A stretch of 64,000 bases of DNA from contig CAVYRF010000002.1 of assembly GCA_963770895.1 (NCBI GenBank), positions 4,768,001 to 4,832,000 of the forward strand. The letters run 5' to 3'. The notes under the pieces are model-generated. The model did not search any database and had not been told where the DNA came from. It saw only the letters and a list, made by a program, of their open reading frames with translations. This document shows, one piece after another, positions 18,541-28,914 of this stretch. This stretch comes from an uncultured Acidobacteriota bacterium. GTDB taxonomy: Bacteria > Acidobacteriota > Thermoanaerobaculia > Multivoradales > UBA5704. The translations under genes were made by a program, and so were the position numbers. Position 1 is the stretch's first letter. Every line of letters starts with the position of its first letter.

Positions 18541-21228
18541 CTAGTGTCCCGGCGCCGAGGGGATGGGGCTGGGGGGGCGCTCGGCGCGGTAGGGGGCGGA
18601 GCGCCGAGGTGATGGGGACGGGCTCCTGACGCGCGGCGGCGGACGCACCCACCAGGCGGCGCCGGCGGCTAGCGCGAGGGCGGCGAGGATGCATCCGCAG
18701 GAGTGCGCCGGCGGGCGGTAGAGCAGATCGACGCTGCCCTGGCCGGCGGGCAGCCAGGCGCCGACGAAGGCGCCGTTGACGCGTATCGGCGCGAGCGGTC
18801 GGCCAGCGGCCAGCACCTGCCAGCCGCCGTCCTGGTAGATCCCGGCGGCCAGCAGGCGCGGCTCGGCGCAGACGCCGGTGGCGTGCACCCAGCTGGCGCC
18901 GATGAGGATGGGATCTTCGAGGTGCGACGCGTCGGGGTCGGCGGCGCGCCAATGCCGTGCGGAGACATTGGCGGACGATCCCGGTTCGAGCAGGACGCGG
19001 AAGCCGAAATCGGGATTTGCATCCAGCCAGCTCTCCCAGCTTTCTTCGCCGGTGGCGATGGCGCGCTCGGGTAGGAAGAGGCGGTCGAGCGGGTGCGGCC
19101 GCTCCCAGATCCAGGCGGTCTTGTCCGTGTAGACGCGGGTCAGCGGGAGGCGCGCGCCGGGGCGCGAGATGACGTAGCGCACGCCCAGGAAGTCGTAGAG
19201 CGGGTGACCGAAGCGCCCGAACCGCGGCTCCAGGATGCCGTGGTCCAGGAAGCTGGTGGCGCGCTGGTAGGCGAACGGGCCGGAGGGATCGTCGACGCGC
19301 ACGTCGGAGAGCCCATAGACGCTGGCAAAGTTGGCGGGCAGCACCGTCGGCGTGCCGACGATGCGGTCGTCGCCGGCATGGGTTTGCAGAAAGCGCACCG
19401 CCGGCAGGCGCGGGAACGCCAGCCGCGCGTCGTTCGGCGGGTTGGCCGGCACGTAGAACGCCAGCAGCTCGCCGGCGAGGATGAAGATCAAGGCCCACGG
19501 CGCCCGGCGCGCGATCGCCGCAGCCCAGGGCGGCACGCGGCGCTGGCGGTCAGCGGAGGCGGCGGCCGCCGCCGTTGCGGCCAGGGCGACGCATCCGATG
19601 CCGGCAAGGAGCGTCGCCAGCTGTACGCCCAACCAGCCGGTGCGGAAGTCCGACCTGGCCCAGGCACCCGCCCAGAGACCCGAAGCGTCGTGCTCCAGGG
19701 CGTGAGGGTTGGGATTGGCGAGGTAGGCCGCGGCGACCAACGCCATCACCGTGGCGCCTGCCAGGAGGAGCGCGGGGGGCCGCACTTGGGCTTGCCGCCA
19801 GCGGTCGATTTGACAGGCTGCCAGGTAGCTGAGGCAGAAGGCGGCCCAGACCTGGAGGCGCTGGTGCCGGTGGATGGCGGTCATGCCGATGAGCGGCAGT
19901 CTGGCGGCCAGGTGGTCGAAGCCTGGCGGCTGCGCCAGGAGCGCCAGGGTGCCGGCCAGCATGGCGCCGGCCCAGCGCTCCTGGGGGAAGCGGCGGCGGC
20001 CTGCCCCGAAGAGACCCCAGCAGGCGGGGAGGGCGAACAGCAGGGTGATGCTGCCGGCGAAGGCGCTGGTGTCCTGGATGTAGTTGTTTTCTCCCCAATA
20101 GGTGGTGAACTGGTCGCCCAGGGCGTCGGGAGCCGCCAGGGGCATCAGGCGCTGGACGGCGAAGCGCCGCCATTGGGCGAGTCCCGCGGGCTGGGCGAGG
20201 CCGTGCCAGAGCTGCTGGAACGGCACGGGCTGCAGGTGAAACCGCACGATGGCGGAGCGCTGGGTGGTGGGGAGATAGGCGAGCGTCGGCAGCAGCACGG
20301 GCGCGGTCAGGGCCACCGCCAGCAGCATCGACGTCCCGCCGCGGAGGGCGAGCGCCAGGCCGGCCCGGTTCGCGCCGCGCTGCCGGCAGCGATCGAGCAG
20401 GAAGAGCGACGCGCCGATCAGGACGTAGGTCAAGGTTTCGGGATGGCCTCCCAGGACCAGTGCGGCGGTGGTCAGCGCGAGCAGCAGCGTGTCGCGCCTG
20501 CCGCCGTTCTGGTCGCAGCGGACGATTGCGTAGAGCATTGCCGGCAGCAGGGCGCCGCAGGTGGCGAGGGGCCATCCCAGCCAGAGCAGGATGAAGCCGC
20601 TCAGCCCGAAGGCGGTGGCGCCGGCGGTGGCGGCGGCTTCGCCCAGACCCTGGCGGCGCAGCAGGAGGAACGAAAAGACCAGCGCGGTGAGGATGCGGAG
20701 CGCGGCGGTGACTGCCGCGGCGGTCCAGATGGTGAAGGGGTAGGCGAGCGCCGCGAGGGGCTGGAAGGCCTGCGCCTGCGGGTCGGCCAGCAGCGGCATG
20801 CCGGCACCCTGGTGGGCGTTCCACAGCGGCCAGCGGCCGTCGAGCAGGGCGCGCTTCACCTCCAGCTGCCAGGGGACGACCTGGTGCACCAGGTCGCGTT
20901 GCAACGGGATCCCCGGCGGCACGGACGCCGGCAGCTCCTGATAGGGCGCATGCAGCGGCAGGAGGTCGAGCGGCAGCAGCACGCCGTCGCCCACCAGGAC
21001 CGGCGCCAGCAGCACCGCCACATAGATGCCGAACAGCAGCAGCACCTTGGCCGGCACCGGATCGAACCACCGGCGCAGCGCCGCGGCGCCGGCCAGGGTC
21101 AGCGTCGCGACATAGAGGGCGGGCAGCGGCTGCATGGCGTGCACCGCGCTCCATCCGGTCACCATGGTTTTGCTCGCCACCGCCGCGGCCCGCGGCGTCG
21201 ATCTGCCATTTGCATACACGTCCCCCAT
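18541..21228 (-). CDS. YfhO-family (GT-C-like) membrane protein
   Basis: WPLWNAHQGAGMPLLADPQ, LGGHPE, FLGVRYV, YQDGGWQ...VNGAFVG...VDLLYRP; true start possibly ~21135-21165. Confidence 0.8.
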   Translation of the reverse strand: MGDVYANGRSTPRAAAVASKTMVTGWSAVHAMQPLPALYVATLTLAGAAALRRWFDPVPAKVLLLFGIYVAVLLAPVLVGDGVLLPLDLLPLHAPYQELPASVPPGIPLQRDLVHQVVPWQLEVKRALLDGRWPLWNAHQGAGMPLLADPQAQAFQPLAALAYPFTIWTAAAVTAALRILTALVFSFLLLRRQGLGEAAATAGATAFGLSGFILLWLGWPLATCGALLPAMLYAIVRCDQNGGRRDTLLLALTTAALVLGGHPETLTYVLIGASLFLLDRCRQRGANRAGLALALRGGTSMLLAVALTAPVLLPTLAYLPTTQRSAIVRFHLQPVPFQQLWHGLAQPAGLAQWRRFAVQRLMPLAAPDALGDQFTTYWGENNYIQDTSAFAGSITLLFALPACWGLFGAGRRRFPQERWAGAMLAGTLALLAQPPGFDHLAARLPLIGMTAIHRHQRLQVWAAFCLSYLAACQIDRWRQAQVRPPALLLAGATVMALVAAAYLANPNPHALEHDASGLWAGAWARSDFRTGWLGVQLATLLAGIGCVALAATAAAAASADRQRRVPPWAAAIARRAPWALIFILAGELLAFYVPANPPNDARLAFPRLPAVRFLQTHAGDDRIVGTPTVLPANFASVYGLSDVRVDDPSGPFAYQRATSFLDHGILEPRFGRFGHPLYDFLGVRYVISRPGARLPLTRVYTDKTAWIWERPHPLDRLFLPERAIATGEESWESWLDANPDFGFRVLLEPGSSANVSARHWRAADPDASHLEDPILIGASWVHATGVCAEPRLLAAGIYQDGGWQVLAAGRPLAPIRVNGAFVGAWLPAGQGSVDLLYRPPAHSCGCILAALALAAGAAWWVRPPPRVRSPSPSPRRSAPYRAERPPSPIPSAPGH

Positions 21229-21335
21229 GGCGCCAGCACCCTGGCGTCGCGGTAAATTCGTCAGTCCGCCGAATCTGCAAGGTATACGGAGCGACTTGCG
21301 AAGCCGCCGCCCGCGGTGCTGTCGTGCGCGACCGC

Positions 21336-21389
21336 TTGACAGGCGTTGGAGGGCTGTGTAACCTTGTGGTTACGTAACCGAATGGTTCA
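21336..21389 (+). promoter_or_regulatory. Sigma70 promoter with tandem ArsR-type operators
   Basis: TTGACA(21336)-17-TAACCT(21359); palindrome GTAACC-N4-GGTTAC (21358-21373) then GTAACC-N4-GGTTCA (21374-21389). Confidence 0.75.
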
Positions 21390-21395
21390 GCGCAA

Positions 21396-21761
21396 ATGAC
21401 GACATCGACCGACCCACTAACCGCAACGTTCTCTGCTCTGGCCGATCCGACGCGCCGCGCCATCCTGGCCCGGCTGGCGGCGGGGGAGGCTTCGGTGACC
21501 GAGCTGGCGGCGCCGTTCGCCATGAGCATGCCGGCCATCTCGAAGCATCTGAAGGTGTTGCAGCGGGCGGGCCTGATCGCCCGCGGGCGCAAGGCGCAGT
21601 GGCGGCCGTGTTCGTTGCAGGCTGGGCCGCTCAAGGACGTCGCGGATTGGGTACACCACTACAAGCGTTTCTGGGAGGAGAGCTTCGACCGCCTGGACGA
21701 CTACCTGCGCGAGATCCACGGCGACGGTGGCGGCCGCGATCGCGGTCGCGACGCCGGTTGA
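21396..21761 (+). CDS. ArsR/SmtB family transcriptional regulator
   Basis: FSALADPTRRAIL, ISKHLKVLQRAGLI, WEESFDRLDDYL. Confidence 0.92.
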   Translation: MTTSTDPLTATFSALADPTRRAILARLAAGEASVTELAAPFAMSMPAISKHLKVLQRAGLIARGRKAQWRPCSLQAGPLKDVADWVHHYKRFWEESFDRLDDYLREIHGDGGGRDRGRDAG

Positions 21762-21859
21762 GATGGGGTGGCCGCCAGCCGCGCTTTGTTCGCGCGGCCG
21801 GCCCTCCCGCCGGCCGGTTTCAGCAACTCGACACCCAGCCAACCTCATGGAGAAACATC

Positions 21860-22441
21860 ATGCCCTTGGACAAACCAGCAGCCGCACCATCGTCCGTCGC
21901 CCCGACGACCGCCCCCGCCGCGGCCGGCGCTGCAGCGGGCGCGACAGGCGGGCCAGACGCGGCCCGCGTCGCGTCAAACCTTGCCGCCGGCGGCTCGCCG
22001 GCGGGCGACGCCCCGGCCGAGCTGTTTCTGACCCGGCTGTTCAAGGCGCCGCGCCGCCTGGTGTTCGAGACGTGGGCAAAACCCGAGCACCTGGTGCGCT
22101 GGTGGGGACCTAAGGATTTCACCTTGCCGACGTGCGAGGTGGATTTCCGGCCGGGCGGCGTGCTGCGCTTCTGCATGCGCTCGCCGTGGGGCGACGACCA
22201 CTGGATGGAGGGGACCTTCGACGAAATCGTCGAGCCGGAGCGGATCGTCTTTTCGGTGACCATCGAGGGCGAGCCGCCGGGCCGTCAGCTCCTGACCACC
22301 GCGGTGTTCACCGAAGAGGAGGGTGGGACGCGGCTCACCCTGCGCCAGATGGCGCCGACCGATCCCAACAAGGCGCGCGGCCAGAAACAGGGCTGGACCG
22401 AATCCCTGGATCGCCTGGACGACCACCTGGCCGGGTTGTAA
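21860..22441 (+). CDS. SRPBCC (AHSA1-like) domain protein
   Basis: TRLFKAPRRLVFETW...WWGP...DFRPGG...PERIVF...GWTESLDRL; GGAG RBS. Confidence 0.88.
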   Translation: MPLDKPAAAPSSVAPTTAPAAAGAAAGATGGPDAARVASNLAAGGSPAGDAPAELFLTRLFKAPRRLVFETWAKPEHLVRWWGPKDFTLPTCEVDFRPGGVLRFCMRSPWGDDHWMEGTFDEIVEPERIVFSVTIEGEPPGRQLLTTAVFTEEEGGTRLTLRQMAPTDPNKARGQKQGWTESLDRLDDHLAGL

Positions 22442-22536
22442 AAGCGGTGCTGGTGATGCCGGAGGTGGCGGCCGTGGTGGCCGCCGCCCGCGGGCCGCGC
22501 TGCCTGAAAACCTTTTCATTCACACCTGGAGGCGAT

Positions 22537-23007
22537 ATGAGCACACGTTCCACGGAACATGCCACGTTCGTCATCGAGCGCACCTTTGATGCCACGCCGG
22601 CGCAGGTCTTCGCCGCCTGGGCGGACCCGGTTGCCAAGGCCCGCTGGTTTGTCGGTCCCGACGGCTGGAAGCAGCTGCGGCGCGAGCTGGACTTTCGCGT
22701 CGGCGGCAGCGAGCACGTGAGCGGCAGCCGGCAGGACATGGTGACCCACTTCGACAGCACCTACCACGAGATCGTGCAGGACCAGCGGATCATCTACTCC
22801 TACCGCATGCACCTGAACGAAACTCCCATTTCGGTGTCCCTGGCGACGATCGAATTCGAGCCGGCGGGCGCCGGCACGCGCATGGTGCTGACCGAGCAGG
22901 GTGCCTTCCTGGACGGCTACAAGGACGGCGGCGGCCGCGAGCAAGGCACCGGCATGTTGATGGACCAGCTGGCGGCGGCGTTGCGCCACCAGCCGGCCGC
23001 TGTCTGA
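22537..23007 (+). CDS. SRPBCC (AHSA1-like) domain protein
   Basis: HATFVIERTFDATPAQVFAAW, DFRVGG, LTEQGAFLDG; GGAGG RBS. Confidence 0.9.
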   Translation: MSTRSTEHATFVIERTFDATPAQVFAAWADPVAKARWFVGPDGWKQLRRELDFRVGGSEHVSGSRQDMVTHFDSTYHEIVQDQRIIYSYRMHLNETPISVSLATIEFEPAGAGTRMVLTEQGAFLDGYKDGGGREQGTGMLMDQLAAALRHQPAAV

Positions 23008-23035
23008 GCGCGGCGGGCGGCGCGGGCGCGGGCGC

Positions 23036-23716
<681 letters not shown>

Positions 23717-23791
23717 GCCGCTATTGTGTGGCGGCGGTGGTGGCCGCGCAAGGGAGCGGCTGGACGGCCGCGCGGCGCGCCGGACGTGTCG

Positions 23792-23818
23792 TGTCGATCT
23801 GCCCGGCTGCCGTTCGTC
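23792..23818 (+). promoter_or_regulatory. ECF42-type promoter upstream of the YciI/DGPF gene
   Basis: TGTCGA(23792-23797)-17 nt-CGTC(23815-23818), matching the TGTCGA / CG(A/T)C consensus reported for ECF42. Confidence 0.7.
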
Positions 23819-23910
23819 GTCCTGATAGATGCGGGGCGCGTGGGCGCCCGGCCGCCACCGTCCGGGAGCGCTCTGGCACACCGGACCCAGACCGACAAGG
23901 AGACACGGCA

Positions 23911-24339
23911 ATGCGATTCATGATCCTGGTGAAGGCCAACGCAGACAGCGAGGCGGGGATCCCGCCGGGGACCGAGCTGCTGGCCGAGATGGGGAAGTAC
24001 AACGAAGAGCTGGTCAAGGCGGGGATCCTGCTGGCCGCCGAAGGGCTGCAGCCCAGCGCGAAGGGCGCGCGGGTCAAGTTCTCGGGCAGCCAGCGCATCG
24101 TCACCGACGGGCCGTTTGCCGAGACCAAGGAGCTGATCGCCGGCTTCTGGTTGATCGAGGTGAGCTCCAAGGCGGAGGCGATCGAATGGGTCAAGCGCTG
24201 CCCCAAACCGATGGCGGGCGAGCCCGAGATCGAGATCCGCCAGGTGTTCGAGGCCGCCGACTTCGGTCCCGCGCTCACCCCCGCGCTGCAGCAAGCCGAA
24301 GAGCAGCTGCGGGCGCAGATGGCGGCGCGCAAGCAGTGA
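23911..24339 (+). CDS. YciI / DGPF-family protein
   Basis: [42 protein letters not shown]; AAGGAG RBS. Confidence 0.93.
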   Translation: MRFMILVKANADSEAGIPPGTELLAEMGKYNEELVKAGILLAAEGLQPSAKGARVKFSGSQRIVTDGPFAETKELIAGFWLIEVSSKAEAIEWVKRCPKPMAGEPEIEIRQVFEAADFGPALTPALQQAEEQLRAQMAARKQ

Positions 24340-24586
24340 CCGCGCCGTGGCGCTGGGCATGGCGCGCGGCCCGGCGGCCGCCCTGGAGCTGGTGGACGCC
24401 CTGGCCGACGAACCGGCGCTGCGCGGCTACCACCTGCTGCCCAGCGTGCGCGGCGACCTGCTTGCCAAGCTGGGCCGCGGCGCCGAAGCGAGCGCCGAAT
24501 TCGAGCGCGCCGCCCGGCTCACCCGCAACGGCCGCGAACGCCAGCTGCTGCTGGCCCGCGCCGCCGCCTGCGCCGCGGCCGGCTGA
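24336..24586 (+). pseudogene. Remnant of an ECF42 (TPR-containing) sigma factor: start codon plus C-terminal ~80 codons
   Basis: GTG overlapping the YciI stop, then out of frame RAVALGMARGPAAALELVDAL...YHLLPSVRGDLLAKLGR...EFERAARLTRNGRERQLL; sigma2 and sigma4 missing. Confidence 0.8.
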
Positions 24587-24824
24587 CGCGGGCGGCGACG
24601 GCGTGACCGAGCTGCGCGTCATGCTGGAGCCGGGAGACATGCAGCACAGCGAGTGATCGACCTCTCCGCGCCGTCTTCCGGTGGGCGATCGCGGGAAGAT
24701 CTGCAAAGGAGCCGCGGTGCATTGAGGGCGCCGGGCTCCTCCCCCGATCATGGCGACATCGCGGCGCGCCGGGCTGCCGGCGCGGCCGTTCCAACGATCG
24801 CCACGATTCGATCAGGAGGAGACC

Positions 24825-25406
24825 ATGAGCTTGCTTCGCCGCTTCGCCGTCTGCTGTCTGTTGTGCGCGCTGGTCTGCATCGGGCGCCCCTTGCCGGCGG
24901 CGCCGGCGACCTCCGGGGCCGCGGCCGTGGCGCCGCACGATGGCAGCCACGACTTCGACTTCACCCTGGGCACCTGGCACACGCACATCAAGCGCCTGGA
25001 GCACCCGCTGACCGGCTCCGCCAGCTGGTACGACGTCGACGGCACGGTGACGATCCGGCCGATCTTGAAGGGCCGCGGCGACCTTGAGGAGCTGGACGTG
25101 GACGACCCGCACGGACGCCTGGAAGGCTTGACCCTGCGTCTGTACAACCCGCAGGCGCACCAGTGGAACGTGCTGTGGGCCAGCGCCAGCGACGGCACGG
25201 TCGGCCAGCCGATGATCGGCGAGTTCAAGGGCGGGCGCGGCGAATTCATCGACCAGGAGGCGTACAACGGCAGGACGATCCTGGTGCGGCAGGCCTTTTC
25301 GGACATCACGCCCACCACTCACCACTTCGAGCAGGCGTTTTCGGACGACGGCGGCAAGACCTGGGAGCCCAACTGGGTCGCCAACCTGACCAAGATCGGG
25401 CAGTGA
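24825..25406 (+). CDS. Secreted DUF1579-like protein
   Basis: AGGAGGAG RBS, signal peptide, HDFDFTLGTW...HPLTGS...GLTLRLYNP...EQAFSDDGGKTWEPNW. Confidence 0.75.
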   Translation: MSLLRRFAVCCLLCALVCIGRPLPAAPATSGAAAVAPHDGSHDFDFTLGTWHTHIKRLEHPLTGSASWYDVDGTVTIRPILKGRGDLEELDVDDPHGRLEGLTLRLYNPQAHQWNVLWASASDGTVGQPMIGEFKGGRGEFIDQEAYNGRTILVRQAFSDITPTTHHFEQAFSDDGGKTWEPNWVANLTKIGQ

Positions 25407-25418
25407 GCCGCGGCGGGA

Positions 25419-27674
25419 TCAGGATCTGTCGGCGGCGCCGGCCGGCGCCGCCGCGTCGGGTTGCAGCCCCTTGACCAGGTACAGCTCGGAGAGCAGGCGG
25501 GTGTAGCCGTAGGCGTAGACCTGGCCGTCGGCGCTGAACAGGACGTGCGCGATGTCGCCCGGCCCGGTTCCTTCGGGCGGGCTGAGCACGCGAAAGAGCT
25601 GGCGCTGGCCGTTGGCGACGTCGAGGCGATAGACCTTCACCGGCGTCTGGCGGGCGCGGTACGCATACAGGAAGTGCGAATCGGCGGTCCACAGGATCTC
25701 TTCGCCGGGCTGCAGGCCGGGGATTGGGCGCCGCTCGCTGCCGTCGAGCGCAAACAGCCATGCGACACCGCCGGCGGGGTCGTCGCCGGCGACCGTCCGG
25801 CCGTCGGGGGACACCTGACAGCGGGCGAAGCCTTCGGGCGTCACGGGGTGCGGCGGCCCGCCGTCGACGCTCTGCACGAAACAGCGCGTGGCGTGGCCGG
25901 GCTGGTTGGCCGAAAAGACGATCCGCCTGCCGTCCGGCAGCCAGCGGGCGCCGTGCCAGTAGTGCTGGACGTCGCCTTTGACCAGCTGCCGGGCGGCGCC
26001 GGCGCCGGTCGGCAGCAGCAGGATCTGGGAGTTGGCGCGGATGCTGGTGGCCCACCGGCCGTCGGGCGACAGCGCGCCGGCCAGCCCTTCGCCCAGCGGC
26101 GTCGGCGGCGACCCCTGCAGGTCGCGCACCGCGGCGGTGTAGGTCGGCCCCGCCTCGGCGCCCTGCTCGTCGAACAGCAGCGTGGCGCCGTCCGGCGACA
26201 GGTCGGCGGGGATCGACCAGTCCTTCCACGACAGGTCGCGCTCGGCGCTGGCGCCGCGCGGGAGCGCCTGGATGCCGACGCGCTGGTCGTCGCGGGTCAG
26301 CAGCAGCCGGCCGTCGGCGGCGATGTCCTGGAGCGTGATGCCGCCCGGCGCGCGCAGCTGCAGGCTTTCCCGGCCGGTTGCCAGGTCCACCGCGTAGATG
26401 CGGCGCTCCAGGCCGCTGTGGGTGGCGGAAAACCAGACCTTGCGGCCGTCCGGCGCCCACGCCACTCCCTGGACGCTTTCCCAGCCGGTCGAAAGCGCCT
26501 GTTTGTGGCCGGCCAGATCGACCAGTTGCAGGCTGCCGCCGTCGTCCGGGTAGGCGGGGTGGTCGAGGAACGCCACCTGGTCGCCGCGCGGTGAGATCCG
26601 CGGATGGCTGAGCCAGCCGGACGACTCGTACAGCACGTGGCCGAGCGGGAATTCCAGCCGCTGCCGGCCCGCCGCCTCCCGCACCACGGCCAGGGCGGTG
26701 CCCTGCGGCGCCCAATCCGCCCAGTCCACCCGCTCGGCGATCTGGCGCGGCGAGCCGCCGCTCTGCGGCACCTGGCCCAGCGTCCCCCGCACGGTGAACA
26801 TGAAGCGCCGTTCGGCCGGTTGCAGCACCGCCATCACCCCCGCCGGCGACACCGCCAGCAGGTCGGTCGCCGGCAGGCCGAGGCTCTGCGTGCCCATGAA
26901 CGCGGGGTCGGTCGAAAAGATCTCGATCGGCGCGCCGCCCCACGCCGCGGCGTAGATGACGTTGCGCCCGTCCGGCGCGAACCGGGCGGCGTACACCGTG
27001 CCGCGGCGCGAGGTCAGCCGCTGAAAGTCCGGCGGCCGCCATGGCGCGGCGGTGCGCCGCCCGAGCATGGCGCCCAGGCCCACCAGGACGACGGCGGCGC
27101 CGATCGCCACCGTCGCCTGGAGCGCGCGCCGGTGGCCGCGGGTGGCCGCTGCCGGCCGGGCACCGCCGGCCGCGGCCGATGCGCTGGGGGTCGCGGTGGC
27201 GCCGACGGCGATGGCGCCGGATGCGGCGGTCGGGCTGGTTGCCCCGGTGGCGCCGGTGGCGCCGTTGGCGGCGGCGGTTGGCGCGCCCGGCGGCGCGGCG
27301 TCGTGCAGCGCGGCCGGTGCGCCGGCATCGGGCGCCGGCGGCGGCGGCTTGTCCAGGGCGGCCACGAAGCGGTAGCCGCGGCGCGGCACCGTCTCGATAT
27401 AGGAAGGATTGTCGGCGGCATCGCCCAGCGCGGTGCGCAGCTTGGCGACCGCAACGTTGACCGCGTGGTCGAAGTCGCCGAAGCTTTCGCTGGCCCAGAT
27501 GCGAGACTTCAGCTGCTCGCGGGTGACCAGCTGGCCGGCGTTTTCGAGCAGCACCTGCAGCACCTTGAACGGCTGCTCCTGGAGCTTGAGGCGGCTGCCG
27601 CCCTTGTGCACCTCGCCGGTATAGAAATCGACTTCGAAGGCTCCGAAGCGAATCCGCGCCTTGCCATTGTCCAC
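25419..27674 (-). CDS. Membrane-anchored transcriptional regulator: OmpR/CadC-type wHTH + TM + WD40/TolB-like beta-propeller
   Basis: IRFGAFEVD...LQEQPFKVL...VAKLRTALGD...IETVPRRGYRF, one TM segment, repeated (W/F/L)(S/A)PDG blades; GTG start 27674 after GGGAG. Confidence 0.88.
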   Translation of the reverse strand: MDNGKARIRFGAFEVDFYTGEVHKGGSRLKLQEQPFKVLQVLLENAGQLVTREQLKSRIWASESFGDFDHAVNVAVAKLRTALGDAADNPSYIETVPRRGYRFVAALDKPPPPAPDAGAPAALHDAAPPGAPTAAANGATGATGATSPTAASGAIAVGATATPSASAAAGGARPAAATRGHRRALQATVAIGAAVVLVGLGAMLGRRTAAPWRPPDFQRLTSRRGTVYAARFAPDGRNVIYAAAWGGAPIEIFSTDPAFMGTQSLGLPATDLLAVSPAGVMAVLQPAERRFMFTVRGTLGQVPQSGGSPRQIAERVDWADWAPQGTALAVVREAAGRQRLEFPLGHVLYESSGWLSHPRISPRGDQVAFLDHPAYPDDGGSLQLVDLAGHKQALSTGWESVQGVAWAPDGRKVWFSATHSGLERRIYAVDLATGRESLQLRAPGGITLQDIAADGRLLLTRDDQRVGIQALPRGASAERDLSWKDWSIPADLSPDGATLLFDEQGAEAGPTYTAAVRDLQGSPPTPLGEGLAGALSPDGRWATSIRANSQILLLPTGAGAARQLVKGDVQHYWHGARWLPDGRRIVFSANQPGHATRCFVQSVDGGPPHPVTPEGFARCQVSPDGRTVAGDDPAGGVAWLFALDGSERRPIPGLQPGEEILWTADSHFLYAYRARQTPVKVYRLDVANGQRQLFRVLSPPEGTGPGDIAHVLFSADGQVYAYGYTRLLSELYLVKGLQPDAAAPAGAADRS

Positions 27675-27837
27675 CTTGGGCTCCCTCTGCTTGCCAGCGA
27701 GCAAGGCCGGAGCGCGTGATGCCACAGCCCTTCGATCCATGCTACCGGACCCTGAATCCTGCCGGCAAGGCGCTGCTCCCCCCGCGGCGTGCCAGCTGTG
27801 GACACTGCCGCCGGGAGCGGGCTGCGGAAGGGGAATC

Positions 27838-28911
27838 TCAGTGGACGTAGTTGATCGCCAGGGCGGGGGTGATGGTGGCCGCGGTGTTGTGGCCGGCGGC
27901 GAGGATGCGGGCGCCGAGCAGGACGCCCAGGTTGGGTTTCCAGCTGTATTCGAGGGCTGGCGCGATGCCGAAGGAGTCGGTGGCGCCGAGGTTGGTCTGG
28001 ATGCTGGGCGGCAGCGGCACCCCGTCGGCGGCCGTCATGGTGCTGCCCAGGACGCGGGTGTTGGCGCCGTGGCGGAAGAGCAGGTCCGATGCCAGGACCC
28101 AGCTGCGCGTCAGGCTGTATTCGCCGGACACGTCGAGGGTCGAGGTGCTGCCGGGTCTGGCGGTGCCGTGGAATCCGGGCGCGGTGCCGTAGACGCTCAC
28201 GCCGTCGACGGTGGCGTCGCTGGACAGGGCCTGTGACAGGTTGAGGCGCAGGCGCAGGATGCGGCCGTTGGGGAGCCACAGGTAGGTCTGGGCGTAGTAG
28301 GCCAGAGTGGTGGTGTAGGCGCCGCCGCCGAAGCCGTCGCTCGGCCGATCGCCCAGGCGGTCGTAGCGGCCGGTCGGGAAGGTCTCCTGCAGGTTGACGG
28401 CGGTGGTCGGCAGCCAGCTGCCGGGGTGGAACTGCGTCAGCTGGTATTGCGCCATCAGGCTCCAGTCGCCGACTCCGGGTGCGGAGCTGCGGGGGCCGCC
28501 CTGGATCGTGTCGTAGCCGACGTTGGGGATCAGCCCGATGCCCAGGTGCTCGGCCACGCCGTAGACCAGGTAGCTCTGCGAACCGAAGCCGTTGGCGCGC
28601 GGCGCGGGGTGGCGGGTGCCGCCGGCGTCGAAGCGGCCGTCGGTGATCACGTCGTAGAAATAGGGCTCGAACAGGAAGTGCCCCGGCGCGGCCGAGGCCG
28701 GCGTGTTGGCCAGCATGGGGCCGGTCCACCAGGCGTCGTCCAGGGCCTGGCGGGCCGCGGGGGGCGGCGGGAGGTTGTTGGCGCGGGCGGCGCGGGCGCC
28801 GGTGGCGGCCATCATCGTCATTGCCGCCAGCGCCGCCGTCGCCGTCATTGCCGTTATCGCCGCCCTCGCCACTGCCGCCGGCATCGCCCGGCTGGTCTGC
28901 CGCCGCGCCAT
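27838..28911 (-). CDS. Putative outer-membrane beta-barrel ('transporter', MetA-pathway-like)
   Basis: Signal peptide, DDAWWTGPMLA, FLFEPYFY, GVGD, PTGRYD, amphipathic strands to the C-terminus. Confidence 0.6.
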   Translation of the reverse strand: MARRQTSRAMPAAVARAAITAMTATAALAAMTMMAATGARAARANNLPPPPAARQALDDAWWTGPMLANTPASAAPGHFLFEPYFYDVITDGRFDAGGTRHPAPRANGFGSQSYLVYGVAEHLGIGLIPNVGYDTIQGGPRSSAPGVGDWSLMAQYQLTQFHPGSWLPTTAVNLQETFPTGRYDRLGDRPSDGFGGGAYTTTLAYYAQTYLWLPNGRILRLRLNLSQALSSDATVDGVSVYGTAPGFHGTARPGSTSTLDVSGEYSLTRSWVLASDLLFRHGANTRVLGSTMTAADGVPLPPSIQTNLGATDSFGIAPALEYSWKPNLGVLLGARILAAGHNTAATITPALAINYVH

Positions 28912-28914
28912 GGA

